From the NCBI GenBank assembly GCA_965153355.1, contig OZ231126.1:46004001-46068000 (forward strand): a DNA stretch of 64,000 nt, read 5' to 3'. The notes under the pieces were generated by a model that was not told the DNA's origin, made no database searches, and was given only the letters and a program-made list of their open reading frames with translations. The DNA comes from Flaccisagitta enflata (lineage: Eukaryota). Made by a program: the position numbers and the translations under genes. Each line of letters opens with the position of its first letter. Within the stretch, counting starts at the first letter, position 1. This document shows positions 1 through 11,190 of the stretch, in pieces.

Positions 1-39
1 ATTGTTAGAATTATTAATCAGACGTTCATGTTATGGACG

Positions 40-295
40 TGCTGATTCACTCGTGCAATACTATCGTTTTACTCAGAAAGACTTGCGCGATACAATGGTT
101 GTATTTAGCACGACTCGTGCAATTCTATCGTCTAAATCAGCACGACTTGCGCAATACAATGGTTGTATTGAACCCGACGCGTGCGATGGAATGGTTGTCG
201 TGCCCAATATAAAAATTGTATTGCCCAAACTTCCCTCAGTCGCGGATAAGATAAATAAAAACATTAATTAGATTTTGCACGACTACAAACTATTG
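40..295. repeat. Left subterminal repeat array (~31-bp period)
   Basis: Units GCACGACT(C/T)G(T/C)GCAAT with alternating tails CTATCGT and ACAATGGTTGTAT at ~47, 78, 107, 138 and 172. Confidence 0.75.
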
Positions 296-368
296 TGTCC
301 ACCATGTAATACCAAAACAAAAACAAAATGTATTAATCAATGTTTCACCATTGTCGTTAGGTACAGAC

Positions 369-1013
369 ATGGTGGAAATTCCTCTCGTTGACGACGATGG
401 CTCAACGTTGTCGACCCGGCGTTCCAACGGTTCTTCTCGCTCTTCCAGCGTCTCTTCTCACACTCACAGCGTTTCTTCTCGCCGTCCCAGCGTCGGAGAC
501 GATATGGACGACGAGGTGGAATCAGACTCGGTATACCGGTTCGCCGACGACCATGAAAGACGCGCATCGTTTCGTCTTTCTACCCGAGAAAAAAGATCGT
601 CCGCTAAGGTGGTGGAGGATGACGACGATGAGGAGGGTGATGCGGGAAAGGACACAAAACAAGCAAAGAAGAAGTTGGCGGGTCGGCCTTCCAAACCCAG
701 AACACCAAACAAGGCGACTTCGACTGCTAAACCCCATGGGACCACTGCGACTCCGAATAAATCGTCGGCGAAATCAGCGGTGGGGGAGGGGGGAAGGAAG
801 CGGGGAGGGAAGTCGGCGAGGGGGGGAAGAGGTGGGAAGAAATCGGCGGCGACCAAATATGAAGAAGACGCTCAGGACTTTATGAAATTTTTTGAAAACG
901 CGTCCCAAGCATCTCGGTCCAACTCGTCCAACGCGTCCAACTCCTCGGTTTCATTGGCGCCTCCCAATACCACACGAATTAGCTCGTTAAAACCGCCACC
1001 CGTTCCGTTGTAA
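369..1013 (+). CDS. Transposon-borne low-complexity protein (~214 aa): Ser/acidic N-half, Lys/Arg/Gly-rich C-half with GRP/RGG motifs
   Basis: ORF 351-1013 with first ATG at 369; GC/CpG-rich coding-like composition; no recognisable domain; may be spliced. Confidence 0.55.
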   Translation: MVEIPLVDDDGSTLSTRRSNGSSRSSSVSSHTHSVSSRRPSVGDDMDDEVESDSVYRFADDHERRASFRLSTREKRSSAKVVEDDDDEEGDAGKDTKQAKKKLAGRPSKPRTPNKATSTAKPHGTTATPNKSSAKSAVGEGGRKRGGKSARGGRGGKKSAATKYEEDAQDFMKFFENASQASRSNSSNASNSSVSLAPPNTTRISSLKPPPVPL

Positions 1014-1106
1014 ACATATGGTGTTCGTCTTCTTAGCATTCTTATTATTATGCTTTAGCTTTCAGACTTAACAATGATCATATCCGTTAATTTCCGTGGC
1101 CACCAG

Positions 1107-1340
1107 ATGGTGGTTGAACTTTCCTTCCGTGAGCTTGTCTTGATCGGGGCGTATGGTGGCGTTGGATTAGCGTTACATCGGCTTTGGGAACATCCGGGTT
1201 TTAGAGGTTAGATTGCATTTATTAATTGTCTGATTTCACTCCGTTAATGGCTATTGTCGTTGTTTATTCCGCGGCTTTTTAATTTTTTTTCGGTAGCTGC
1301 TGCCGTCAATTTCATCATTCGACGTTTGGACAGCAGATAA
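1107..1340 (+). CDS. Possible 47-aa two-exon peptide (1107-1206, 1297-1340): MVVELSFRELVLIGAYGGVGLALHRLWEHPGFRAAAVNFIIRRLDSR
   Basis: GT-AG intron 1207-1296 with a T-rich tract and compatible phase; ATG directly follows a CAG. Confidence 0.3.
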
Positions 1341-1501
1341 AAGTAACAAGTAGAGAAATCTTACAGATTTAAAAGATATAGGTAGTATACTTTTCATCAT
1401 CTCTTGTTTATTCCTGTTCTCATTCACTGTTGGTTATTGCTAACCAATTAGCAGTTTTTACATAAAACATAGTCAATGATTGCTTGCTTGCTTGCTTGAT
1501 T

Positions 1502-2076
1502 GTTCTTTGTGCATTAAGAACTGTAAAATGAAATTGTTCGCCAAATGAAAAACTTTGTAGGGACAAAGGGCCTGCCAGCCGAATTGCTCTGTCTGTATCA
1601 TGTATGTATGATTAATATTCGGACAGTATCTTTTTTGGGATGAAGTAAAGTGCTGAACAGTACAATTAATGTGCGCATGTGTGCGACTTTATTGCAAATA
1701 CGTACTGTTCTCTTTCACATGTAAAACTGGAAATAAGGACGATTTGAATCATGGGTCAATGGTAGTCATCCAACATACTTGACAGACAAGGAAGAAGTCG
1801 TGGTGGAGATCCAATGAAAAGGTAGTCGTGTTCATGTTGAAATTTGAAATGCCCTGGAAAGCAGGCACATGAATGAAGCCATTTGCTATACATATAAGAA
1901 TGTCGGGATTTCCCACTGGTCCACCGATACTTTATTTGCCGAGAGATTGGCGGCAATGACCCTGATTCCCCTGCATGTTTTTGGGTAAAGTTGAGGCAAA
2001 AGGAACATTTGGTCCAAGTTGTATATGGCAATTAGGCCCACTGCAATTACAGGTTCAGTAGAGTGGATGTCAATGT
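1502..2076 (-). pseudogene. Inverted, internally deleted, diverged copy of the transposase catalytic core
   Basis: The reverse complement aligns collinearly in blocks to 3273-4438. Example: 1551-1590 AACTTTGTAGGGACAAAGGGCCTGCCAGCCGAATTGCTCT vs revcomp(4331-4370) AACTCTGTAGGGACAAAGGGCCTGCCAACCAAATTGCTCT. Minus ORF 1756-2031 contains WTSGKS, as in the transposase. Confidence 0.9.
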
Positions 2077-2215
2077 GACAATGTGATATAATAATTGTTT
2101 TAGAACTGACCTCGTGCCTGGGTGAAATAAAATATGATAGAATAGAATGAAATAGAATAGAATAGACTAGCTTTTACAAGTATCATCAAATTTTTTTCAA
2201 ATTTTGCTGAACAGA

Positions 2216-4909
2216 ATGACTCTACGACAGACTCTCATTGACAAACTGTTATTCAAAAGTCAAAACAAAGTAAGAAGGCCTGTATGCGCCCTTTGCCACA
2301 AGAGGACAACAGCGACAGACTTTGTATCTGCTGAAATCCACGTCGACCAACACTATAGACGCATATTCAAGTGCCCTGTGTGTCAGGAATCTCTGCCTTT
2401 TTACACTGACCAACAAAACTATAACGCACTCAAACTACACTACCAATTTGTTGAGCCAAGCCACCAAATATGCCCCTATGAGGCGCTCACAAATAAACGT
2501 TGCGCAACAAGCGTCCCACATCTCGACTTTCACAGGGATCGAGGTGATATTTTATGGAAAGAGGAGCAGGAGAGGGAGGAGGACGTCGATGATATATTGG
2601 AATCCGATTCAGAAGATAGTGAGGATAGTGAGGATGGTGAAGTTGTTGACAATGACGAGGGAGATGTTTTTGTTCTTCATCATTGGGAGGATGTTGGTGA
2701 GAATAATTCAAGTGGTGGTGTTGGTGGTTGTGGTGGTGATGGTGGTGGTGGTGGTGGTGGTGGTGGTGGTGATGGTGGTGGTGGTGGTGGTGGTGGTGGT
2801 GGTGGTGGTGGTGGTGGTGGTGGTGGTGGCGGTGGTGGTCGATGCGGTGGTGGTATCATTCCAGATCATGTAATTACAATAATGGAGGAAACTGTAAACC
2901 AAATGACGAATACATACGCTGCCACGGAATGTCTTATTTCCTACGTTGTATCACAAACAATCAGTATTCTCAATGCCCTGCAATGTAACTTATCACAACA
3001 ACAGAAAAAACGCATGAACCAAATCAGAACCAGTTATGGTCGTGGAAGACAACAGAAACAATTACAAAATAATTATCGTGCAAGTGTAACTCTTCCCATA
3101 AGAAACGATATACTTTTGGACGAAAATGTCCAAGTGCATTTTTACAAAATCGACGAAATGTTGAAATTATGGTTGAAAAGTAAAGACAATTGCAATCGAT
3201 TGAAAGAATTTCATCAGAAACCCATCACGGCCGGCCAGTTCAATTCGATTAAAAATTCTGAAATATTTAGAGACATTGCCATCCACTCTGGTGAACCTGT
3301 AATTCCTCTGGGCTTGTACTGTGATGAGGTCTTACCGTTGCAGGCGTTGTATGCCCGTAACGCCAATTATAAGTTATATAATTTTTATATAGTTATCTTA
3401 ATTGAAGGACCAAACCAACGCAAGTTGGAACAAGTTTTCCCTTTATGCCTACTCTACACAAAAGATGTGGGGGAAGTGGGATTGAAGGTCATAACTGAGG
3501 CAATTGTATCTCGACTGAGAGATGTTGTCTCAAATGGCATTACATACAACGGTGACCACTATCAAGTCAGATTCTTTATGGTTATCGGCGATAACCTGAG
3601 CCAAAACCAACTCTGTGGGATAACACGATCATGGACAAGTGGGAAATCCTGTAGATATTGCCATTTCCGTATGGCGGATTTAGCAACTCCTAAGTCTGTG
3701 CAAGATATGGCACCAGCTGAACCGTGTACGTCTGAAGAATATATTGATGTCATTGCAGCAGAAGCAAATGACTTAATGCTTCCGTATGGCTTTACTCATG
3801 TGCCTGCTTTACATCGCATTCCATGGTTCCCCATGAACACGACTACCTTTTCATTAGATCTCCACCACGACTTCTTCCTTGGCTGCGCAGTAACTTGGAT
3901 GACAATCATCACTAATAGAATCGTTTTCGATTTACAATGGATCTCTGCTTCCTCAATGAAAAGTTTGTGGAAACGTTTCAAATTCCGTGGCCATGATTCA
4001 AAAAATCGTCCTTATTTCAAGTTTGACATGGCGAAGAAAACAGTCCATATATGTAATAAAGTCGCACACGTGCGCACATTTATTCTTCTGTTCAGCACTG
4101 TACTCTATCCGGTCATTGGAAACACGGCTGACCCTGTTTGGGTCTTCTATTTACAAGTCTTGTATCTAAGTCGACTTCTTCTCACTCTAAACCACACAAA
4201 CGAGACTTTAGAAGAAATGGAAGAAACGATAGTAACTACATTGACTTTGAGGATGAGTCTCACCAGAACCGCAGATGGACAGTATGATCCCAAAATAAAA
4301 TATAAAGAGCATAATCTGTGCCATTACCCAAGAGCAATTTGGTTGGCAGGCCCTTTGTCCCTACAGAGTTCTTCATTATGCGAACAATTCCACCAGTTCG
4401 TCAAGAGAGCTTTTGGAAACTCTCGTTGCACAAAGAACGTTCTATACACTATTCTCCGAAGAATTGACCTGAAACTACATGCGCGCAGTCAAGCAATCAT
4501 TGAACCAAGGAAGGTTAGTCGTTTAACAAGTGAAGAAGATTTACCACATGAAGCTTTAACTTTTTATCGAGGCTATAGAGCGGCTCAGTGCCTCAAAACC
4601 GTTGAGCACAACGGATACATGCTTCACCTCAACTCAGTTTATGGCCTGCCCAATATAGATGGGGAGCCAGATGGGCGTTTTTTCAGAATCCTAGGCATTG
4701 CCCAAAGTGACTCAGACATAATTCTCCTTTCAAAAAAGTTAACGGCTCTCCCAATTAAAGAATTGGGCATATTTAAAGTAAGAGAATCAACTTCAAGTGT
4801 TCAACGGCAGTTATTAGTCCCCTCTCTCGTTCTTCTCCAAGATTACCACATATGCAACGAATCAAACAGATTAAACGCCATAAGTGTAAGGAACTTGGAC
4901 TTGACTTAG
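2216..4909 (+). CDS. EnSpm/CACTA (CMC) DDE transposase, ~897 aa, with N-terminal C2H2-like zinc fingers
   Basis: Uninterrupted ORF (TTG 2204, ATG 2216). Motifs typical of animal EnSpm transposases: LGLYCDEV (D1), VIGDNL...SCRYC (D2 + CxxC), DLHHDFFLG, KEHNLCHYP...GPL...CEQFH (E). N-terminal CALC/CPVC fingers. Confidence 0.9.
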   Translation: MTLRQTLIDKLLFKSQNKVRRPVCALCHKRTTATDFVSAEIHVDQHYRRIFKCPVCQESLPFYTDQQNYNALKLHYQFVEPSHQICPYEALTNKRCATSVPHLDFHRDRGDILWKEEQEREEDVDDILESDSEDSEDSEDGEVVDNDEGDVFVLHHWEDVGENNSSGGVGGCGGDGGGGGGGGGGDGGGGGGGGGGGGGGGGGGGGGGRCGGGIIPDHVITIMEETVNQMTNTYAATECLISYVVSQTISILNALQCNLSQQQKKRMNQIRTSYGRGRQQKQLQNNYRASVTLPIRNDILLDENVQVHFYKIDEMLKLWLKSKDNCNRLKEFHQKPITAGQFNSIKNSEIFRDIAIHSGEPVIPLGLYCDEVLPLQALYARNANYKLYNFYIVILIEGPNQRKLEQVFPLCLLYTKDVGEVGLKVITEAIVSRLRDVVSNGITYNGDHYQVRFFMVIGDNLSQNQLCGITRSWTSGKSCRYCHFRMADLATPKSVQDMAPAEPCTSEEYIDVIAAEANDLMLPYGFTHVPALHRIPWFPMNTTTFSLDLHHDFFLGCAVTWMTIITNRIVFDLQWISASSMKSLWKRFKFRGHDSKNRPYFKFDMAKKTVHICNKVAHVRTFILLFSTVLYPVIGNTADPVWVFYLQVLYLSRLLLTLNHTNETLEEMEETIVTTLTLRMSLTRTADGQYDPKIKYKEHNLCHYPRAIWLAGPLSLQSSSLCEQFHQFVKRAFGNSRCTKNVLYTILRRIDLKLHARSQAIIEPRKVSRLTSEEDLPHEALTFYRGYRAAQCLKTVEHNGYMLHLNSVYGLPNIDGEPDGRFFRILGIAQSDSDIILLSKKLTALPIKELGIFKVRESTSSVQRQLLVPSLVLLQDYHICNESNRLNAISVRNLDLT
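2712..2854 (+). repeat. (GGT)n microsatellite in frame in the transposase (poly-Gly linker)
   Basis: Direct reading; the reading frame is preserved. Confidence 0.95.
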
Positions 4910-4923
4910 CATAAACTTAAAAC

Positions 4924-7900
4924 ATGTCGTCGAAGCGTTCGAAATTTTACAAAGAATGTCCCAACGCCAAATACGGAGCCACCCAGCGTGGAAACAAGCG
5001 CCATCGCGATAAACTTCTTCAAGAGGAAGACGACGACTATCAACCACCCTCGAAAACATCACGTCGATCAAACTGTGATCCTCATCAGGACGAAGAGAGC
5101 AGCGAGGAGGAGGAGACGGAGGAGGAGGAGGCGCCGTCGTCACGTGGTAAGGCCGTTAGGACAACTCGTCGTCAACGAAAACGACCAACATCATCACATC
5201 TCGAGGATGACGACGGTGCAGATGTGCCTGCCTTCACCCGCACTAAGCGGTCGCGTGCAGACGTTGGAACCGGTGACAATGTCCAGGAGGAGGTGGAGGA
5301 GGAACATAGGGTTGAGGATGAAGTCATGAGTGAGGAAGATGGAGGAGAAAGGGGCCAAGTTGGCGACGTCGGCGACGGTGGAGTTGACATCGGCGGCGGC
5401 CAAGATGAAGGCATCGGTGACGCGGAAGCACAAGGGATCTTCAATCAGTCTCAACAGGAAATGAAGAGACGCCGCATCGCAAAGATCGCAACCAACAATG
5501 GGATGAGCGCAACTGCTTTGAAGAAAATGTTGGAAAAGAATCCCGAGGCAAAGAATAGTTTCCTTGCTACAAGAGGTACGTTAGTTATTATTTTGTTTTA
5601 GTGCCATTGATGCTAAATTTTCTACTCTGTAAACTGGGCCAAAGTAGTTTATTGTTTGTACTCAATTCTTCGAAATTGCTTTAATAATTATATTTAAACT
5701 CGTCTAGTAATCATGTCTCATTTCGACAAACAATCTTCCATCACACACAATGAGTAATTGAATAATTACCTCATTCCCTCCAAACAGATCCTAGTCTGTT
5801 GCCGCCAGCAGCCTATAGATCGGCAGTAGACCCGGAAAACCCTCATCGAATGTGGCTGCAGCCGCCAGAAATGCATCCCGGGCCTGACGGAAACCCAGAA
5901 CCTCCCGCTCTGCCCTACGACCAGTTGTGGTGTCCCTTCGGTGGCAACGTGGGTTACTACGACAAAGACCGGGACGTTTACCACTTTAACACACTGGGCG
6001 ATCTGCACCTCGAAGGAGATGGGAACCCGGCGACGTTTGTACCTCAACAACTGCAAGCTGCGTCCTCAGGTACAGTTGAGCTTCACTTTAGCGCACCCGC
6101 CAATAAGGCATGACCTCTTAAAAGGCATGCAAGTTATTGTTAATGAGACATTTCATAGTTAAATGCGCTCTAGTGAAGCTCAACTGTAAATCTATCTTGC
6201 TTACTGACTTCCAAATTAAAACCGTTGTATTGGTACTTATTACATCTGTTGTATTTCCTGTTTCTATTAGGAGAGCTAACGTGTAAGGAACAGTTCGAGC
6301 TGTTGGCCAAATCAGGTGGTTTGACGAAATTTATTGAAGAAGACAAAGGGCTGGATGTCGCGCTGGAGATAATCGCGAAAGCTGTGAGTTCCACGCTTAG
6401 AGAATGGTTTTAATAATTTGCGTTTCCATTGCTAATTGGTGATATCGTTGCTAATTGGTGATATCATATAACCACATTTCCCATTTATATCTCAGCATGG
6501 CATGGACAACGTGAAGAAGGCGGAGAAAGAATTCATCCTGGCCGCTTGCAAACGCCTGTTCCATAACATCCAGGTCAGTGATGGCGCGTAGTGGTGTAGT
6601 GGTGTTATTGTGAGTTGTACAGCGCTTTCCCCACATGCATCCCCACATGTTTCATCCATTTTGTTATCTACTATTTCTACTTCAGGACGCATTGTTCCAC
6701 AAAGATTGTCATTTTGCGCCTACTCAGCCCACCTACTGGGAGTTCTTCTTCGGCGTCAACCAGCATGCGTTGAGAAGGGCAGGGTTCCCGGTGTTCCAAT
6801 GGCCTAACAAAATGGCAGAAATTCCGATTTCGTGCCTAATTCGGGACCGGTAAGTTTTGAAGGCATGAATTAAGTTACGACGCAATCATTATTTGCGAAC
6901 CCAGTGCAATGATTATACAAGCATAAACCAATTTCATTCTGGACAGACTGGGCCAAAACGGAGCCAATTACTCCAAGCTCCAGAGGTCCATGAAACTGAG
7001 ACTGGCCGAGGTCAAAGCCAGACGAAAGTTGACCAAACAGGACGTTGAAGAAGTGGCCAATCTCACCAGAGACATAAAGGACAACCAACGAAAACATTAC
7101 GCAAATTGGATGGCAGTCAAAGTGAAAGGCGGCAATGAGCAGGAGGAAAGGAAGATAAAGGCTGAAGCCGGGCACCAGTAAGCTCATCTTGTTGTTGTTG
7201 TTGTTTTGGTTGTTGATGTTGTTGGTATTGTTGTTGTTATAGTAGTAATCGTAGTTGTTGTCGTGCGATGCACTATTACGTCATACTGCCATTTTTAAGA
7301 ATAATTTGCCATTTCGTTTTTCAGTGAAGATCGCGCCTCTTTGAGAAAGAAATTCTACAATGACTCAACTTACAAGAAGACGTACCTGAGATTTATGGCC
7401 GTACATGGGGGGCTGGCCGTTATTGACGAGGGAACCGCCATCTCTAAAGAAATCGTCAGCGAAGATACAGACTCCATGGATGATGAGTAAGCATACATAG
7501 TCATGCATTACAATCAATAACCGAAACATATAATAATGTTAGAAGACTGACATAATGTTCGACTATCACTTTTCCTGATAGTGTGGTGGAAACCTCACAA
7601 GCCGGGCCAGCGACAAAAACGGTATATGGAGCAATCCGCTCCCCCTCGTTGACCGCTGAGTCCGTGGGCGACAATAACGAATCATCAAGTGCCACAAATG
7701 GTTCAACCGCCACAAATGAATCATCCACCGCAAAGAACACGTCCAACGAAGCTAGGATTGGCGGCTCTCACGGCGTGAGGTGATCTTTGAATATCCTTAC
7801 CAACTACCGCACATTGATTGTATACATATAACTCACAAAATTGGTAGGTCGTCGTAAATTATATTCATTGTATTATTTCAGAGGGGTTTCCCCAAACTGT

Positions 7901-10900
7901 ACTCCCGTTCGCACAAGCCAATCACAGACCACGTTCGAAGCACTGAATAGAGGTGGCAACGAGGACAGCAATGGCCATGACGTAGCCGAAACCGACGACG
8001 CACAGTTGGACGAGTTGGTCGGGTTGGTCGAGGCGGATGATGCACAGCAACGAGACAGCGATGACAGCAACAAAATGAAAAGCCGTCCTCGGCCCCATTC
8101 AAATCGCGCTGCTGAAGCTGAAAAAGATAGGAGCAAATCGATTGGCGTGACGAAAAACAAAAGAGGGTAAACTACTACAATACACTACAGACAATTTAAA
8201 ACAACAACAACAACAACAACACCAACACCAACAACAGAGACAAGAAGAAGAAGAAGAAGAACAAGAAGAACAAGAACAAGAAGAAGAAGAAGAAGAAGAA
8301 GAAGAAGAAGAAGAAGAAGAAGAAGAACAAGAAAAACAAGAACAAGAAAAAGAAAATCAACAACAAGAAAAACAACAACCACAACAACAATAACATTCTT
8401 GATTCAGATGTGCGCCACCCATTACGCGATCGGGGCGTCGCGTCGCGAGTACCACGGGATCAATTTTCAACGCCGCTCGTGGTGGCGAAACCGTTGACGA
8501 ACCCAGCCCGCCTGACGATGCCGAAAATGATCGGTTAGGCAACCTAGTGGGTGGCTCGCGGTCCCGTAGGAAACGTGCCGTTCGTCTTCCAAGGTATTTT
8601 GGGACAAATTGCAAAATTGTTGTGTCCAGTGAAACATATTATAGAGAAATGTTTTGCATTTATTTCACTGCTTCGTATTTTGCACATTTGCAGTTCCACC
8701 GCCCGGCCTGGCAATTTGACTTCAGTGGCGTCGAGTACAGGAATGGATTCCGGTGCAATGGATCCACAGTCATGCTCAACGGATCCGATGGAAGATGTGG
8801 CTCGTCGGTGAGTTGTGACATTTGATTGTGTACTAAAACGACAAGGCATTTTCTTCATATTGTATAACCAACCAAGAAAATTTCTTTATTTTGACAGCGT
8901 TGTGCTTGGCGATATAACGGCAATGGAGACTCCAAATGAATCATCGGCACCGCGGGAAAGGCAATACGCCCCTATCGATACGCCCGTCCCAACGGCCCAA
9001 CCCCTTGCGATCGTGAAGCAAAGCTTCTTCGAGGCTGTCAGGAACAGTGCTGAAAAGGAGGGCCGCGAGGAACCCCCAGAAAACCAAATCAATGAAGTCT
9101 GGAAGAGAATTGAAGACGCGCCGAAGGATAGCCCGACTAATTTCTACGATTACGTCTACAGACCACCCGGTCATGCACGCTTCGTGGCGGCCTATCAGTG
9201 GTTGACTTGTGAATCCACACTAGTGGTAAGTTGCGCTGGTTTTGTCCATTTTGCATGTTAACTCGAAACAATTTACTTATTACTGACTGACACAATTCAT
9301 ATGTTGTAATAACGCCCTCAGTTCATCAAAATGAGTCTGGACTTTGCGTTTCCCGGCGAGGCGAGGAAGTGGCACACAACCTTCGCGAAAGAAAAGGAAC
9401 TCCTGATGAAATTGATGGAGAAGCGACCAAAACTGCCAAAGGACGAGGGCCCCGTCACCAAGGAGTATCGGGCCCAAAGAAGTTCATTCATGCTGTTATT
9501 CAGCAGTGCAGTCAACGTCCTAGGCCAAAACCCAGAAGTGGTAAGGATTAACACTGGGATGTACATATAACAGAGTCATTTTGATAGTGTCATTTTGATA
9601 GTGTCATTTTGATAGTGTCATTTTGATGATGTGATTTGGATAATTATTTGGATTTCTGACCACCCTTTCCCACCACTAGGATCCTCGCGGATATCTGCCA
9701 TTTTTGTTCGAAGTGGACTTTACGAACGAACTCATCAACTACATCTTCAAGTACCACAACATCATTCAGATCAAAGGAGAAACGCCCAACGACGTTTACG
9801 ACATAGCGGCGTCGGGCATGTCGGAATTGCAGCACTTTCTCCTTCCAAAAGCAATGGACTATTTCCCGAAGGTCGAATACGACCCTAATGGAAGACCGCA
9901 CCCTTACCACGGTCATTACGTTGAAACGTGGTTGCGGATGATGTTGTCAGTGGACCCCGTGCAGGTATTTGACATGTCTTTGTTGTGTTCATACATGTGA
10001 GAATTGCCGTTGAGATTAGACAAAAATTGTAATGAAGTTTTAAAAAAAAAAATGTATACGAATAAAACAATAAATGTATAAATGTGTAGTGTTCATATAG
10101 ATGCATAATCTCATTTTTATCCCGTTAAAAAACTCTCATCATTGTTTTTAACTTACAACAAATGATGTATTGAGTCACCTCTATCGTCTTTCAGATCATG
10201 TTCGACGTCCTCGATGACGAAACGACACTGTCCACGCGTCCAATGGTGGTGTTGTTGAGGAGGGATCCGCATACTCGCTCTAAGGATCTCGGCGTGTCTT
10301 TCGACAAGAAAATCCGCTGGAAGATATCCCCAACAGACGATGCGACGGGGACGCGAGACGTGTTTGTGAGAGGAAACCTCTACACGTACGCCATGTCCTT
10401 TCTACGGATGTACCATATTGACCACACAGATGAAAACCGCTACCGCGCCACGCTGGATGCGTACTGGAATTTTTGGGAAATGTAAGTATGAATATTGTAG
10501 TGTTGATTGTTATTGTTCTTGTTACTGTTTTGATGATTATGCGATATGATAATATATGATTATGTTGCTTCTCATTAGGTAGATATAATGGTATGGAGAT
10601 TTTACTATTTACATCATAATGCTCATATTATACTGTTAACACAGTTTGACTAATATTACACTTGTCCATGTATTGCAGCTACGCGCTCCAAATCAGTCCA
10701 GAATTACGCATAAGCCGTAGCCAGCATCGCCTGCGAAACATCAACAAACTGAGGACAGTCCAAAAACATCATCGGTCCCAAACGGAAGCCTTGATGCAAC
10801 AAGCATGTCAAAGAATCATTAGGGAGGCGATGGAGTTTCGCAGAGAAAAGGGGTTACTCGACCCGCGGTCCGAAAGTTACTACCGTCGGCTCCAAGCTAT

Positions 10901-10964
10901 TGACGAAGAAGACGAGAAAGGCGGCCTGTCAGTGGCTTACGTACGAACCACTGACGACGACTAG
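4924..10964 (+). CDS. CACTA ORF2 (TnpA-like accessory protein), 16 exons, ~1289 aa
   Basis: Exons 4924-5575, 5788-6069, 6271-6383, 6496-6573, 6686-6849, 6947-7177, 7325-7486, 7582-7779, 7882-8166, 8408-8593, 8694-8807, 8898-9225, 9322-9540, 9680-9964, 10195-10481, 10679-10964. All introns are GT-AG, phases are compatible, the total is 3870 nt with no internal stop. The C-terminal AMSFLRMYH...YWNFWEIYALQI resembles, from memory, the C-terminal motif of animal EnSpm ORF2 (SAMD3-like) proteins. Confidence 0.8.
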
Positions 10965-11190
10965 GGTGATGAATGCTGAGCTGCAGTATGTTGATGAGTA
11001 AGCGTCTCATGGCCGAGCATCAAGTGCAAAACTGCCCCAAAATTCCCGCAGCTCATCACTCATGACAGCCTTACTGCGCTCGCATCCAAGTCATCAAAAT
11101 GCTAAACTTATTTCTCATGGTTCTATTTCCTGTTTTTTCTCAACTTATTTATCATGTTTAGGTAGTTTCTAGTTTCCCCCTGTAGATAAA

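Noticed and set aside
40-295. CRISPR-like array
   Set aside because: No unique spacers, no cas genes and a eukaryotic context; better explained as transposon subterminal repeats.
8185-8396. Poly-L/F ORFs on the minus strand
   Set aside because: They derive from a (GAA/CAA)n microsatellite inside intron 9 of ORF2.
9575-9630. GTCATTTTGATAGT tandem repeat (x4)
   Set aside because: Short intronic slippage repeat with no sign of function.
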